The notes below the pieces were generated by a model. That model did no database searches. It worked only from the letters and a program-made list of their open reading frames with translations, and was not told the DNA's origin. Below are positions 37,999 to 49,949 of a stretch of DNA of 64,000 nt, one piece after another. How positions within the stretch are numbered: the stretch's first letter is position 1; each line of letters starts with the position of its first letter. Both the position numbers and the translations under genes were made by a program. This DNA is from Camelus ferus (Eukaryota), in assembly GCF_009834535.1 (NCBI RefSeq), contig NC_045697.1, forward strand, positions 47,370,001 to 47,434,000. The letters are read 5' to 3'.

Positions 37999-40900
37999 TA
38001 GTGACATGTGCTATTGGAGAAATCAGAAATTCATAACACACAAATTGGCATTGGAAATACAAAAATCATGTGAGAGTCAAGAAATCAGGTTGACAGCACC
38101 ACGGATGTTTTACTCAGTCTGAGCAGTGGTGTAGCATCCAGGAACAATGAATACCTGTAGGACACTGAGACTGAAGACTGTGCAAACACGAGCCGGTGCT
38201 CTTTCTGCGTCTACCAGTAAGAATCCGCGCGAGTCCCCCAGGACGCCTGGGGTACGGTAAAAGGGCAAAGGTGCAGACTCTTCTTTCTTTTAATCTTCAC
38301 AGCCAGCGTGTGAGAGCAAATAGCAACCCCCGAGGGTTTTCTGTTCCTTCTCACCTAAAGGCATGGTCTAAAAGGTTAGCAAAACACACACAAGGCATTA
38401 GTGAGCGAGTTAGAGACACTGAAAGGAAAGGTTGGACTGAAATATAATCCCACATCAGTCACCAAATTATCTGGTTCCTCATATGAAGTATAAAACAGAA
38501 ACGAAATGAAAAAGTCCGTATCGAAGGAGCCAATCCCAGCTTTCCATCTCCGGACACTTTCTGTGATACGAGTGTGCGTTCACTAGACAAATATCAGCAT
38601 CGGATGAAGTGTGTGTTGTGGGGGCGGAGGGGGGGGGGAGGCGGGAACAGTCCAAGGGCTTCCCTTCCACACATGTAACTCACTAGCTCCAGGCCCCACA
38701 GACGCTGCCCTTGTTCCAGAGCATCCCACGGAGGGTACCGGGAGCGCGCTGGCTCCGTTCTGCCTGCCACTTGTCTGCGCCCGTCTGTTCGGCAGTCATG
38801 GAAGGGCTGGGCAGAGAGGCTGAGCAAGCGGAAAGCTGCTGCCGTAACGTGCAAGTATCCCGGCCCCCAGGAGCAGGTGTACGTAACGGGCCAAATCAAA
38901 CGCTTCGTCATTAGTGTTTGGCTTCCCGTCATTGCAGACTTCACGTTCACCTTCTAGGTCATGCTGGAGAAGGTCCCCTGCACGGCTGATGGGCTCTCCA
39001 GTCATGAGACACCAATTCTGGAGGTTCATGAGGCCCATACAGAAGTCTGGGTCCCCAGTGCCAAGTTGGTCTCAAGTAGCACCTGACCAGTTAGGAGAAT
39101 CGGGTTCTGGGCCCACTCACCCCAACTCATCCTCTCCTGAAAACTTTATGCTCATCTCGGAATGCGAAGTCAGACTTTCTTCTAAATGTCCTGCTCTGGA
39201 GATGGACTCGTGGTGTCACCTCCTGCTAATACATTATTAGAGCTTTTCTGACCTGTTCTCCCAAGTCCACAGCCAGGTTCAGGCCCATGTCAAGTGGTGT
39301 TTCTTTGTTCCAATGAGAAGATTATTTTACAATCCAAGTAGAAGAGACACTTTGGGATTTTATTCCCTCTACTTGACCTTGTGATGTTGCCACCGGCCTC
39401 TCTCCCCTCCCCTCCCTAAGTGCATTCCCCTAGCATTCACCCATGACACCACTCATTCGTCTGCTTTACTTGTTACGGGCAAGGCACTGCTGAGGAACCG
39501 AAGGCACGGCTCATACCTGTCCTTCTCTCAAGCAGCCTGGAGTCTGGCAGAGTTGCCTAAAGCCTCTCGCTGTTCACTCTCTCTAACTTTTAGTACCAAA
39601 GTGTTTCCAGGGTGGAATGTTCACAAAGAGCTTGGGTCCTTCTAACCCAAATATTACAGTGTGAATGCTCTGTGATGTGCTCAGGGATGGCGGTGGCCGT
39701 GCATCAGGAGGAGGACATGTCTTTCACTCCTGTACAAGGGAACTGTGCCTCTAGTTCAAAACAGCACGAAAGACATGCTGATGTTTTTGCCAGTACTGCA
39801 GAAACCAAAACGGAACACAAAAGCAAGCAGTGTGCACACTACGTACATCATTAAGCTGCTATTTAAACACTAAATCATTTTAAGGCCATGTGTCCATGGC
39901 CTTGTCATGTGCTGATATGGTAAAATAAGTGCCTGAGCTACCAAAAAAGAACCCCCCAAAAGAGAAATCCAAGAAATCCTGTACCAGGAACGGTGCCTTT
40001 ATCTGCTGTGAGTACTAGTAATTTATCCACTGTGAGTACTAGTTGGCATCTATTAATTCTGATTTCTCTCTGCTCTGAGCTTTCTCCTAATTTGCTTTAT
40101 TCAAATGAATCACTGACTTTTCTGAAACCCAAACAAAATAAAAACCCCACAGCTAGCAAAAAGCACATGGCTTGTCTATTATTGGACTGGGCAAAGCCTG
40201 GGGTAGTATGAACTGTGGTGGGTATTTTAAGCACCCACGGCTATGCTGAATGAAAAGGCCATGGTGCAGTGATCTTGCTTCACAGCATCCTTCATCAGGG
40301 AGGATGCCTGAATGGGTCCTCGGTGCTGTGGAAACCAGCGAGGCACAAGGACATCCCCCCAGACCTAGGGTGTGGTGCTTCACTGATGTGCTTGGAGCTG
40401 CCCACCAGGCCCCTCCGTTCCCCTGCTTTCAGTGCCCGGTCTGTAAAGGCGGTTCCTCTGTGCCTGATCTCTGATGGGAGAGGCTGGGGTTTCTCCCATG
40501 AGTTGCAGAGAAATGCTCTCATCTAGGGCACTTTGAAACCCCAGGTGGGAAAGGGCTGGTGAGGCAAAGTGCAGTTAGAGGCCGTGGAGTGCAGGTTGTC
40601 AAGTGGACACAATGAGCAAATAGCACAGCAAAATATGCTGATTAGCAGAGTTCTGAGTGGAATCTGGGTGTCAGCAACCACAACGCTGCTGTCCAGAGGC
40701 CCAGGAAAAGTCCGAGCAGAGGGGAGCTGGAGGTGGGAGAAGAAACCAAAGGCCCTGCACCCCGCTCTCCCTTTCTGGGACTGCACAGTCCATCCCCCAG
40801 TCCTCTGAGCACCACTGGTTGACCTGTCTAACTCCTGTCCTCTTACAGAACTCTGGCTTTCTAAGATCGGCCTTCTGGTGGGAACAATCTGTCGCTGTTG

Positions 40901-41128
40901 AGACATTTAACGGGATCCCCAGAAAGGGCCGCTTCTATGCTCTGGGGTCTCAGTGGTTCTTTGTTTCGTGAGGTAGCTCAGTTGTGAGTTGATGGGTGGG
41001 ATGTGTGCCTTCCGCCACTCAAAGCTATAATTTTCCCTTTTGACTCTGCAAGATTAGAAAAATACCAGTATTTTCCCCTGTTGTATAAAAATGATTTTAG
41101 GAAAAAAAATACACGTGGGTCTCCTCCA
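37974..41128 (-). other. FRAS1: FRAS1 3'UTR (~3.15 kb, distal end inferred)
   Basis: Follows the TAA stop; largely repeat-poor; ends at the candidate poly(A) site. Confidence 0.65.
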
Positions 41129-41722
41129 TTAAACTTCTGTTCCGTCTTGTAAATTGTTGTGCACTCTGACTTCCAGATTCAATTTTTTGACTTTAGCACC
41201 TTTGAACGCGTATGCTGCCTGGGTTTCACTCAGGATGTTGACGTCCCGCACAGTGCAGTACTGCCTGTTCACGTTCTTCTCCACCCTGTCCAGGCCCCTC
41301 TTGGGCACATCCACCTTGGTATTCAGAGGGTATTCCTCCAGAATGTCCTCTGTGGGTGGCGTCTTCCTCTGTTTCTGGCATTTCCTGGTGATGAAACAAG
41401 CCACCAAGAACACCAGAAGCAGGAGCATGACAGCGGCAAAGGCGCTGCCGATGGATGCCCCGGTTTGGGAGAGAGAAGCTGCGACAACTGGCTCTTGCAT
41501 CTCCAGGGTCAGGGACTTCATATTGGTGCCATTCTTGACTTGGTCCCCTTCGTTGTCATAGATGAGGGAGTCGTCAAGGGACAGCCAGCCACTGGGGTCC
41601 ACCAGGTCCCTTCGGTTGCGCCTCAGAGGGGCTGTGAGAGAGCGCTGGACCCTGGGACCCGAGATGGTGTCTGGGCCGATGACGTAGATCACCTGCAGGT
41701 ACCACTGGTGTCCTGCTTCCAC
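41129..41722 (-). CDS. FRAS1: FRAS1 terminal coding exon (594 nt): VEAGHQWYLQ..., RRNRR basic site, transmembrane helix, cytoplasmic tail ending LQDGTEV*
   Basis: Acceptor CTCCTGCAG at 41724-41723, phase 0. Contains TM segment AFAAVMLLLLVFLVACFI and the C-terminal PDZ ligand TEV; recognised as the FRAS1 C-terminus. Confidence 0.98.
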   Translation of the reverse strand: MEAGHQWYLQVIYVIGPDTISGPRVQRSLTAPLRRNRRDLVDPSGWLSLDDSLIYDNEGDQVKNGTNMKSLTLEMQEPVVAASLSQTGASIGSAFAAVMLLLLVFLVACFITRKCQKQRKTPPTEDILEEYPLNTKVDVPKRGLDRVEKNVNRQYCTVRDVNILSETQAAYAFKGAKVKKLNLEVRVHNNLQDGTEV

Positions 41723-41854
41723 CTGCAGGAGGAGGAGACAGGGAGACAAATCGAACACGTCACTGCTGCCTGCAGACCACCGCTGAGGAGAGGGATGGAA
41801 AGGCAACTGCCCACCAGAAGCCGGGATAGATAACGGATTTCAAGAAAAGCATTA

Positions 41855-42693
41855 ATTAACCACAACAATGCTGACTGCAGCATTATTTACAATTGTCAAG
41901 ATATGAAACCAACCCAAGTGTCCATCAATAGATGAATGGATAAAGAAGTTGTGATATATATACATATACATATATATATGCAAAGTCAACAAATTAAATC
42001 TGGAAGTCAGAGTGCACAAGGATTTACAAGACAGAACAGAAGTTTAATGGATATAGTTACTCAGACATTAAAAAGAATCTTGTCATTTATGACAAAATGG
42101 ATGGACCTGGCGGGTATTATGCTAAGTGAAATAAGTCGAACAGAGAAAAACGAATACCATATGATTTCACTTATATGTGGAATCTGAAAAACAAAACAAA
42201 CAAAACAAAATGAAAACACTCATAGATACACAAAACAAATGGGTGGATGCTAGAGGGAGGGTGAAATAGGTAAAGGGGTTTAAGAGGTACAAACCTCTAG
42301 TTGAAAAATAAATAAGCCATGGGATGTAATATACAGTAAAAGAAATATGGCCATAATGTTGTAATAATGTTGTATGGGGACAGATGGTTACTAGACTTAT
42401 GTTGATCATTTTATAACGTATGCAAAAGTCAAATCACTGTGTAGGACATCAGAAACTAACATACTACTGTATGTCAAATATATTTCAATTAAACAAAAAG
42501 AGAGGAAATTGATCTACTAAAGAATCCTTTGCTTTTAAAGTCATGGAATAAATCAGACCATAACAGGCATACTTTAAAAAAATGTTGAAGTAAGACTATG
42601 CCTGGTTTATTTAAGGATTAGTAAATATGCCGATGTAACTGTAGTAGAATAAAGATTCTGATGAATTAAAACAAAAAAAAAAAAAGGAAAAAA
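41855..42693 (+). mobile_element. 5'-truncated L1 with extra 3' segment, poly(A) tail and 13-bp TSD AAGAAAAGCATTA
   Basis: L1 motifs (CAACCCAAGTGTCCATCAATAGATGAATGGATAAAGAAG; ATGCTAAGTGAAATAAGTC); TSD at 41842-41854 and 42694-42706. Confidence 0.9.
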
Positions 42694-43694
42694 AAGAAAA
42701 GCATTAGCAATGGTTGGTTTCTATGTATAGAGACCTGAGCCAAATATTGTGGGTTCTATTTTATTTCCAAATGAAGGTGATCTTGGGTCAGCTATTCACA
42801 TTTTTTTGTTTCCCTATCTGTACACATAATAGCACTAAAAATTTACCTTTCAGGGTTCTTTAGCTAAGTGAGTGCTTATGATTTGTTGGTCTTTATTGAC
42901 AACAGTGGAGTAATAGTATTAATAACCACATTTATTCCCAGTGACCCTCAACTGGTTTTTATGCTAATTTACTATTTATTATGAACTTTAGCTAAAATAG
43001 AGTCATTCAAAAAATATTCACTAAATACCTACTCTGTGCATAATACACGGGTACCTGACGAAAATTTTGCTAAATCTGAACACTTCTTGGATCATCTCTT
43101 GAGCAGTTACGTCATCAAGTGTTTTATTTCCCTCTCATCTGCCCCCTATTGAAACCCTCTATGATTTTGAAATAACTTCTGAAGAGTAATAATAGTTCTG
43201 AAACCCAAGGCCATGGATTACTTACTATTTGGAGAAAAAAGTGGAATTTGATCTTGGAAGTTCATGGTTATTACTGGGACTTAGAGCATTTTTGCTTATC
43301 AAATACTAGTTATTCTTGCCATTCTGTATTACTGAATTGTATTTATGATTGTATTAACTGTTTCCACATGCCTGTGAAAACCAACTGGTGCTGCATGAAG
43401 CCAAAAGGCAGGCAATACAAAAGAACTTAGGAAAAAGTAGAGCATCACGTGCCCTCCTGATGTGCACAATGGCAAGTGACTGTAGCCAAATTAAAGAGTT
43501 GTATTACTGTTTTCGCTTCCTGGGGGCAGATGGAGAAAGTTTTGGGTGAATGATAAGCTTAACAACCATAAAAAAGACCTGCCAGAAAGAATGCTACAGA
43601 CAGAAACTGACATGGCAGAGATGATGTCATCCTCCTCTTTGCAACCTTTAAAGTAACTTTAGTCCTGTGCTTCTGTTCTTGTTGCCACACTCAC

Positions 43695-43841
43695 CTTATA
43701 GAGTGCGTCTACCTTCAGAGTAAATCCATCCACACCTGGCATGCTACTGACCACGTGGAAATCAGGCAACTCAGAAGCAAAGTGGGCCTCAAAGGGCACA
43801 TCATGGAAGTATTTGTCAGTTACCTCTGGCTGACTGCGGTC
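43695..43841 (-). CDS. FRAS1: FRAS1 penultimate exon (147 nt), DRSQPEVTDKYFHDVPFEAHFASELPDFHVVSSMPGVDGFTLKVDALYK
   Basis: Acceptor AAATCCTAG, donor GTGAGT, phase 0-0. Confidence 0.97.
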
Positions 43842-44089
43842 CTAGGATTTCAGAACAAAGAAACACAAGATTTGGAAAGATGGAACCACTGAACCGGCAG
43901 GTGGTGGTCACTGGGAGGAGAAAGGTTCTGTGCACTCCTCTGTTGGGTTGGGTTGGGAGAGTGTGTGCTGCAGAAGCCCTCTCTTAAGTTGACCGCTACC
44001 TCTGAGCACTTACTGCCCTCTTCAAGGGATGACACTTGGTGGCCTCTGTGATCTCAAAATACAACAAGTAAGATAACCCAGACCAAAAA

Positions 44090-44764
44090 TGCTCAGGCTA
44101 TTTGGTCTCAGGACCCTTTACACACAGAAAAATCAAGGACCCACAAAGCTTTTGTTTTATGTGGTTTATATCTTTCAATATTTACTGTATTAAAATTAAC
44201 ACTGTAATTGTAGTACAGTTAACGATTTTTAAATGAAAAAGTTACGTATTTACTACTTCATTTTAAAATAAAAGTGAGAAACTCATTACATGTTAACATA
44301 AGTAGCGTATTTGTTAGTGAAAATGCCTATATTCACACCCACCTCCCCAAGAGAGCTAGCATTGTTTTACGTTTTTGCAAATCTCTGGGAAAAGAACTAG
44401 CTTCTCATAACTGCTTCTGCATTCAATCAGTTGTGAGATGCTGTTTTGACTGAAGTATATGACGAAAATCTGGCCTCACACAGCTGTGTAGCTGGAAGAG
44501 GGAGACATGTTTGAATAACTTTTTCAGACAACTGTGAAGATTCTTTTTTGATACTAAATCAAAAATCACTGAGTTTTTAAAGATTAGGCACCATATGGAG
44601 GCTGAATCCATATCAATCAACCTTCATACTCACTGCACTCACGAGGGAATGAGTAGGAAAAAGGCAAGATCGTCATATTATGAAAGTAGTTTTAACCCTG
44701 TGGACTCCCTGAAAGAATACTGGGGATATTCAGGGGTCTCTGGGCCACACTTTGAGAAACACTG
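44090..44764 (-). mobile_element. Charlie1-family hAT transposon remnant
   Basis: Terminus CAGTGTTTCTCAAAGTGTGG on the minus strand; decayed hAT dimerisation-domain peptide LPLPATQLCEARFSSYTSVKTASHN*LNAEAVMR. Confidence 0.8.
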
Positions 44765-44987
44765 GCTTAGAATTTCCCCTTCCTGGAACATCACAGCAGC
44801 TTGTCTTGCCAACCACCATAACCATCACAGTTGGTGGTACATACTGGCATTAAGTTGATACAAACAACAACAACAGAATCTGTAGAAAAGCATCAGGAGT
44901 GCAGTTCTGTCTGCTTGAGGCAGAAGTCAGAGCTGAGGGAGGGAATCTCCTGGTGTGGCTGCCCTTTAGCCCTGATGGTTAGCGTAC

Positions 44988-45193
44988 CAGCAGCAGGAAT
45001 CTGTGTTTTAGGTGTCTGTTGGGCTGAATGCATCCGTACTGTGGCCCCTCATTGTAGATTGTCCCCGTGGGATCAAAGAAAGGCACGTAGCCATCCTTGC
45101 CGGTACAAAGGTAGACTTTCTCCAGCTGGAGTTTGTAGGCAGAATTAAGGTTTTGTTCCGGATTCCAAAGTACTCGGCCATAAAGGATTTGAC
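44988..45193 (-). CDS. FRAS1: FRAS1 exon (206 nt), (G)QILYGRVLWNPEQNLNSAYKLQLEKVYLCTGKDGYVPFFDPTGTIYNEGPQYGCIQPNRHLKHRFLLL
   Basis: Acceptor CTTTTCAG, donor GTACGC, phase 1-0. Confidence 0.97.
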
Positions 45194-47195
45194 CTGAAAA
45201 GATTGCGAAGCATTAATTAGGTCAGACTTTCAGATTAAAGAGGGGAAAAAAAAGTGTCAAGGATAGAAAGGATTTAACATGCTTCCTGACAGTCAAAAGT
45301 ACCTTTCTATGAAGAGCTGTGTGGTCCCCGTGCCCCTAAAATATACATTCATTGATTTAGTGCTTCTTTTAATCAGTAAGCATTCACTGAAGTATTTAGG
45401 GTCCTCTGAGTGAGACGCAGCCGAGAGGGTAGAAATAAAAGCAAAGCAATTGCTAAAAATAGCTCACATTTGTGGAACTCATGCTATCACTTGGTGCTGT
45501 GCTAAGTTCTCCCCAAGTGCTCACAATTTTAGACATGAGGAAGTTGAGTGGTTAAGCGATTTGCTGAAGGTCACAAAGCTAGCAAGTGGTGAGGGTGGGA
45601 CTCCAAGTCAAGGTACTTTGGCTCTAAAAACCACACTATTAACCACCACAACACTCTGCTGTTATGAATCACAACAGAGGAAGGTACATTACATTATATA
45701 AGCATCAGGCTGAGCACACAGATCTGCCTGGAGAGAGGTATGGAAAGGTTCAGAGGAGATGACATTTGAGCAGTATCCTGAAACATGAGTAGGCATCTGT
45801 CAGGTAGAGCCTTGAGGTGGGAGGGAGAGGCTGGGGAGAGCATGCTAGGCAAAAGCAAGTCTGTGTACAAAATATGGACTGCTGGGAGGGCACCAGTCCT
45901 GGGGCAGCTGCTGCTCCTCAGTGCCTGCTGGGGCATCGGGTTCTTTACCTGTGGTGTCTTAATCCTCCCAAGAGCCCAAGAGATGGGTTCAATTATTACC
46001 CCTATTTTAAAGAACTTGTCCAAAGTTTCCTGTCTGTGACACACGGGGAGGAGGCTTTGAGCACAAATCCATCTGACTCCAAATGCTCATTCAGAGCATT
46101 TTCTATAGCACTGAGGAGGCCAGTGTGATTGGAGCAGAGGATGTTTGGGGCTCTGGCAGGAGAGACTCCTGGGAAGACTGATCAGTGGTGCTGAGGATTC
46201 TGGATTGAGTATGGGGATAACAGGAAACACTGGAAGGTTTTAAACACCGGCGTAGTATCAACACACCAGGGCTTTAGAAGCATGGAGTAAAGACAAAGAC
46301 CAGAGTCACAGGTAGGGAGCTATTTTAATGCTCTTTCAAGAAATACGTATCCAAATGATAGCAGTGAGTCAAGGGGATGAATTCAAGACACGTCTAGGAA
46401 TTGGATTCCATTCATCTTAATAACAGGTAGGCGATGGTAGGCGAAGAAGTAGACGATAGCCCTGAGGTCTTTGGCTGGGACCCTGGATCTTGGTGATGCA
46501 GGCAGTGGGGCGGCAGAGGTGAAAGGAGCATGTTTGTAGGGAGATAAGTCCAGTTCTAGAAGTCTCCAGGTGTCCGGAACACATCCACTTGGAGAGGTTT
46601 GGCAGTTCCAGATCCGCATGTGGAAGTGTGGAAATGAAGCTCAGGAGAGCTCCGGGGTGAGAAGAGGTTAATTTTTATGGAACGGGTCTGCAGTAGGAGG
46701 AAGACAGGGAGTTTAGAGTAAAGGGCTGAGCCAAGCCATGGGGGTGACCAGTGTAGCACTGAAGTGAGAACAGGAGGGGCCAGGCATGGAACGTAGGGAC
46801 AACATGGACATGGCAGAGGACGGAGACCCAGGGCAGGAGAGGGAGACCTGGTCAGAGAGGCAAGATGGTGTCAGGTGAGGCTGGTGCAGAGGAAAACGAA
46901 CAGGAAAAAAATGTCAGAATCCATGGGTTTGGCATATCGACAAGAAAGAATTCTGAGCCGTGGTAGGATAAACCCAGCCTGCAGCAGACGAACGAGATAT
47001 TATTTTGAAACAACTGGAAGGAAGAACATGGGTCTGTTCCTTGACTCATCCTTGGCTGCCCTGGAACCAACCTCAAGGGAATCTGCCCTGGAGAGGTGAC
47101 TGAAAGCCAGTGAGCAGAAAAGCTAGTCCAGGGACCTACCAGAAAGCTTCTCAAGTCCCGCAGGGTCGCCTTCCACAGGTGCAGGAATGACTTAC

Positions 47196-47362
47196 CTTTT
47201 GAGAAGGCCCCTTTGTAATCCATTTCTGCCAGTGACATATCCGACGTGTTGGGGTCCATCAGGAACACCTTCTCATTGTTGCAGAGCTGAAATTCAGTAT
47301 TGAGCGAATACACCACTGGTACAGGGCGGTTGGTCTGCTGGAATGCTATGGGTATCAGGAAT
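47196..47362 (-). CDS. FRAS1: FRAS1 exon (167 nt), (R)FLIPIAFQQTNRPVPVVYSLNTEFQLCNNEKVFLMDPNTSDMSLAEMDYKGAFSK(G)
   Basis: Acceptor TTCCCACATTTAG, donor GTAAGT, phase 2-1. Confidence 0.97.
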
Positions 47363-48374
47363 CTAAATGTGGGAAAAACGAAAGCCCTTGAGAGCAGGGT
47401 GGGCTTCATATCTGCCATTTGTGCTGCCCTCCCATTCCCACCCTTCTCAGGATGGTGAACAGCACTCTGTTGTACGGGCTAAATATTTACTAAAAAATAT
47501 GAAAGAGATGTGTGCAGGGGAGAAACTTTATTTAGTTCAGGTCCTTATGAGGTTAATCTGCCCTTTTGAGAGAGAATAATCTAATTCACCTTTAGGCTCT
47601 TCAACACTCTTTGCTTTTCCTGACCTTTTCATTCTGAAAAGCCCTGGGGACGCATTTGAGATTAGTGGTAATGAATTTACAGTTTCCTGACTTTGACCTT
47701 GTTGGAGATTCTGCTGGAACACTCCCTCCTCCTCTGCCACCATCCTTGGCTTTGTGAAAAGTAAGTAATAACTCTTACCTATTTCTCAGGTCTTGACTCA
47801 AATGCCACTTTCTCTGGAAGCTTACCTTCTTCCTCTTCCCTTCCAGGCTGGGTCAGATCCCTCATAATTTGTTCTCATTACACTGTGCACCTTTCTTTCG
47901 TAGTCCTTATTGTGGTTTGCTATTCTATTTAAATGTGTGATGCGAGTCTGCTTCCCCTATTATGGGTTCCACAGAGCCACAGTCTAGATCTGTCTGCTCA
48001 CCACTGTGCCTTTGATGCTAGCCAAGCTCCCAGCACACACATTTGGCAAAGAATAACACACAAGTGATCATTTCAATGCTTTACTCTCCCTGTTGAGTCC
48101 ACCTGACCACTCCTTATTTTTAAGTGAAGGGGGCGGTTTTGAGAGGGTTAAGGTGTAGGAGGAACTTGGGGTGCAGGAGAAACGCCCACAAACCAGGGCT
48201 GACCCCGCTTCAACAGCTTCCAAAGGACCATCGATTGTACCAAGAGTTCACGTATCTGACTCAGGGAAGTAGGTTTTCCCTGTTGATGTTGGTATCACCA
48301 GCATCCACAGAGGGCCAGGCCATAAGACACTCGATACATACTCATTGACTAAAGAGAATGAATAATGGATTTGA

Positions 48375-48404
48375 GATGATGACGATGATGATGATGATGA
48401 TGAT
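48375..48404. repeat. (GAT)n microsatellite with one GAC interruption
   Basis: Read directly. Confidence 0.9.
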
Positions 48405-49949
48405 TTGTAAGGTTATAATGTATGACCAACCTCACAAAAACAGGCATAATAGGAAACACAATTCTTTGAATGAAGTCTGAATTTCCTGACTCAGTCTTTG
48501 ATTATTTTTTGTGTTGTAGTTCTATTGCCTCCATATGGAACCATATTAAAACATACGGAGATGATCAAAAGCAAAGTTAGGCCCAAGGGGGGAAAGTTAC
48601 CCTGGGAATAATGGGGAATCTGCCAGTAAGGACCTCCCTGATGTAAGGCAAGGACATCCAACCCTGAGGCCTCCGGATACTCAACAATACTCTCCTCCCT
48701 GCAGACGCCCACACTTACAGCACTGGGACTGAAGAGGGGGTTAATGTCTTTTTCACTCCCTTTTGCCATTTCAACCATTGTTCCTCTCCTCTTAAAAAAA
48801 AAAAAAATCCAGCATCTGCCCTGGAGGAACTCCTCTCACACATGTAACTAAGTGGCACATATAGTGTTCTTTGTAATAGAGAGAGTCTGGGATTGCAAGC
48901 TAAATACAGTGGTCAGACACATTGTGGGCTATGCCTATGACGTCTCCTGTGAAGACTCCCTTAATGCAGTGAAAAACAACCTGCAGACACATGAGTCAAC
49001 AGGAGTGTTGATTTCACTTGTGAATCAACAAATGATTCACTGAGGAAAAAGAAAAGCTGCAGAGAGAATTCACGCAGTGAGGAATTTTTATATAAAGTTC
49101 AGAAACATGCAAAACCATGTAGAAGTAAATATGAGCTGAACCATAAACCAAAACAAGGGATGATGAAAAGAAGTATCAGGCTAGTGGGCAGCTGGGGGGA
49201 GTGCGGTGAAAGGGGCACCGAGGGTATTTAAAAGATACTGGCAATGTTCTACTTCTTTTTTCCCCTTGACCCCAGTTTCATTAGTTATAAAATGGAGACA
49301 ACAGTACCAGTCTTGTGGGGAATCACTGTAATGAGAATCAAATGTTAGGAGCTTATTAGCACAGAGCCCACCACCTAGTCCGCACCCCACACACGGTCAC
49401 TAGTAACACTGGTAGCTATTATGACGCACTTTATCACCAGGATCACAGCCCGAGGGATGCCCAACTCACTGCAGTTATAATTCATATTAAGTAATGTTCT
49501 ATTTCTTGAAGTTTTCTATATCCACTATATATGGTCCTCTGAATATTTAAAATATTTCATAATTTAAAAAATCTATTACATGAATAAAATTCCCCAGAAT
49601 ATCTCTTCAGACTATCTGCCTCCTGTTCTTCCTTAGCAGGCAACTACCACTGTCCTGTGTCACCGTCCCTCTCACCTTTGGCTGACTACGCTCTCAAGCA
49701 TGGCTCCTGCCATCTGCATGGATGAACCATCTAAAACCCAGACTCTCAGTTCCTTGACATCTTCACCTCCAAAGAGTGTGCTCTGCCCCCCACTTCTCTG
49801 TCTGACTAGGTGCCACCTCCAAAAAAACTCATTTTCATACACTTCACTCTCTAAGCACCATCTCCTACCTTTCCAGTTCACCTCTTCTTTTACTCCCGCT
49901 CATTAATTCTTCAACCACACCAGGCCCTCCCTGGCCACGTTTACCAGGA

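Noticed and set aside
38880..38935. SECIS-like ATGA...AAA...TGA hairpin in the FRAS1 3'UTR
   Set aside because: The spacing and the GA/AG quartet register do not fit, the visible CDS has no in-frame TGA, and FRAS1 is not a known selenoprotein.
41154..41833. Plus-strand ORFs of 224 and 135 aa
   Set aside because: Antisense shadows of the FRAS1 terminal exon.
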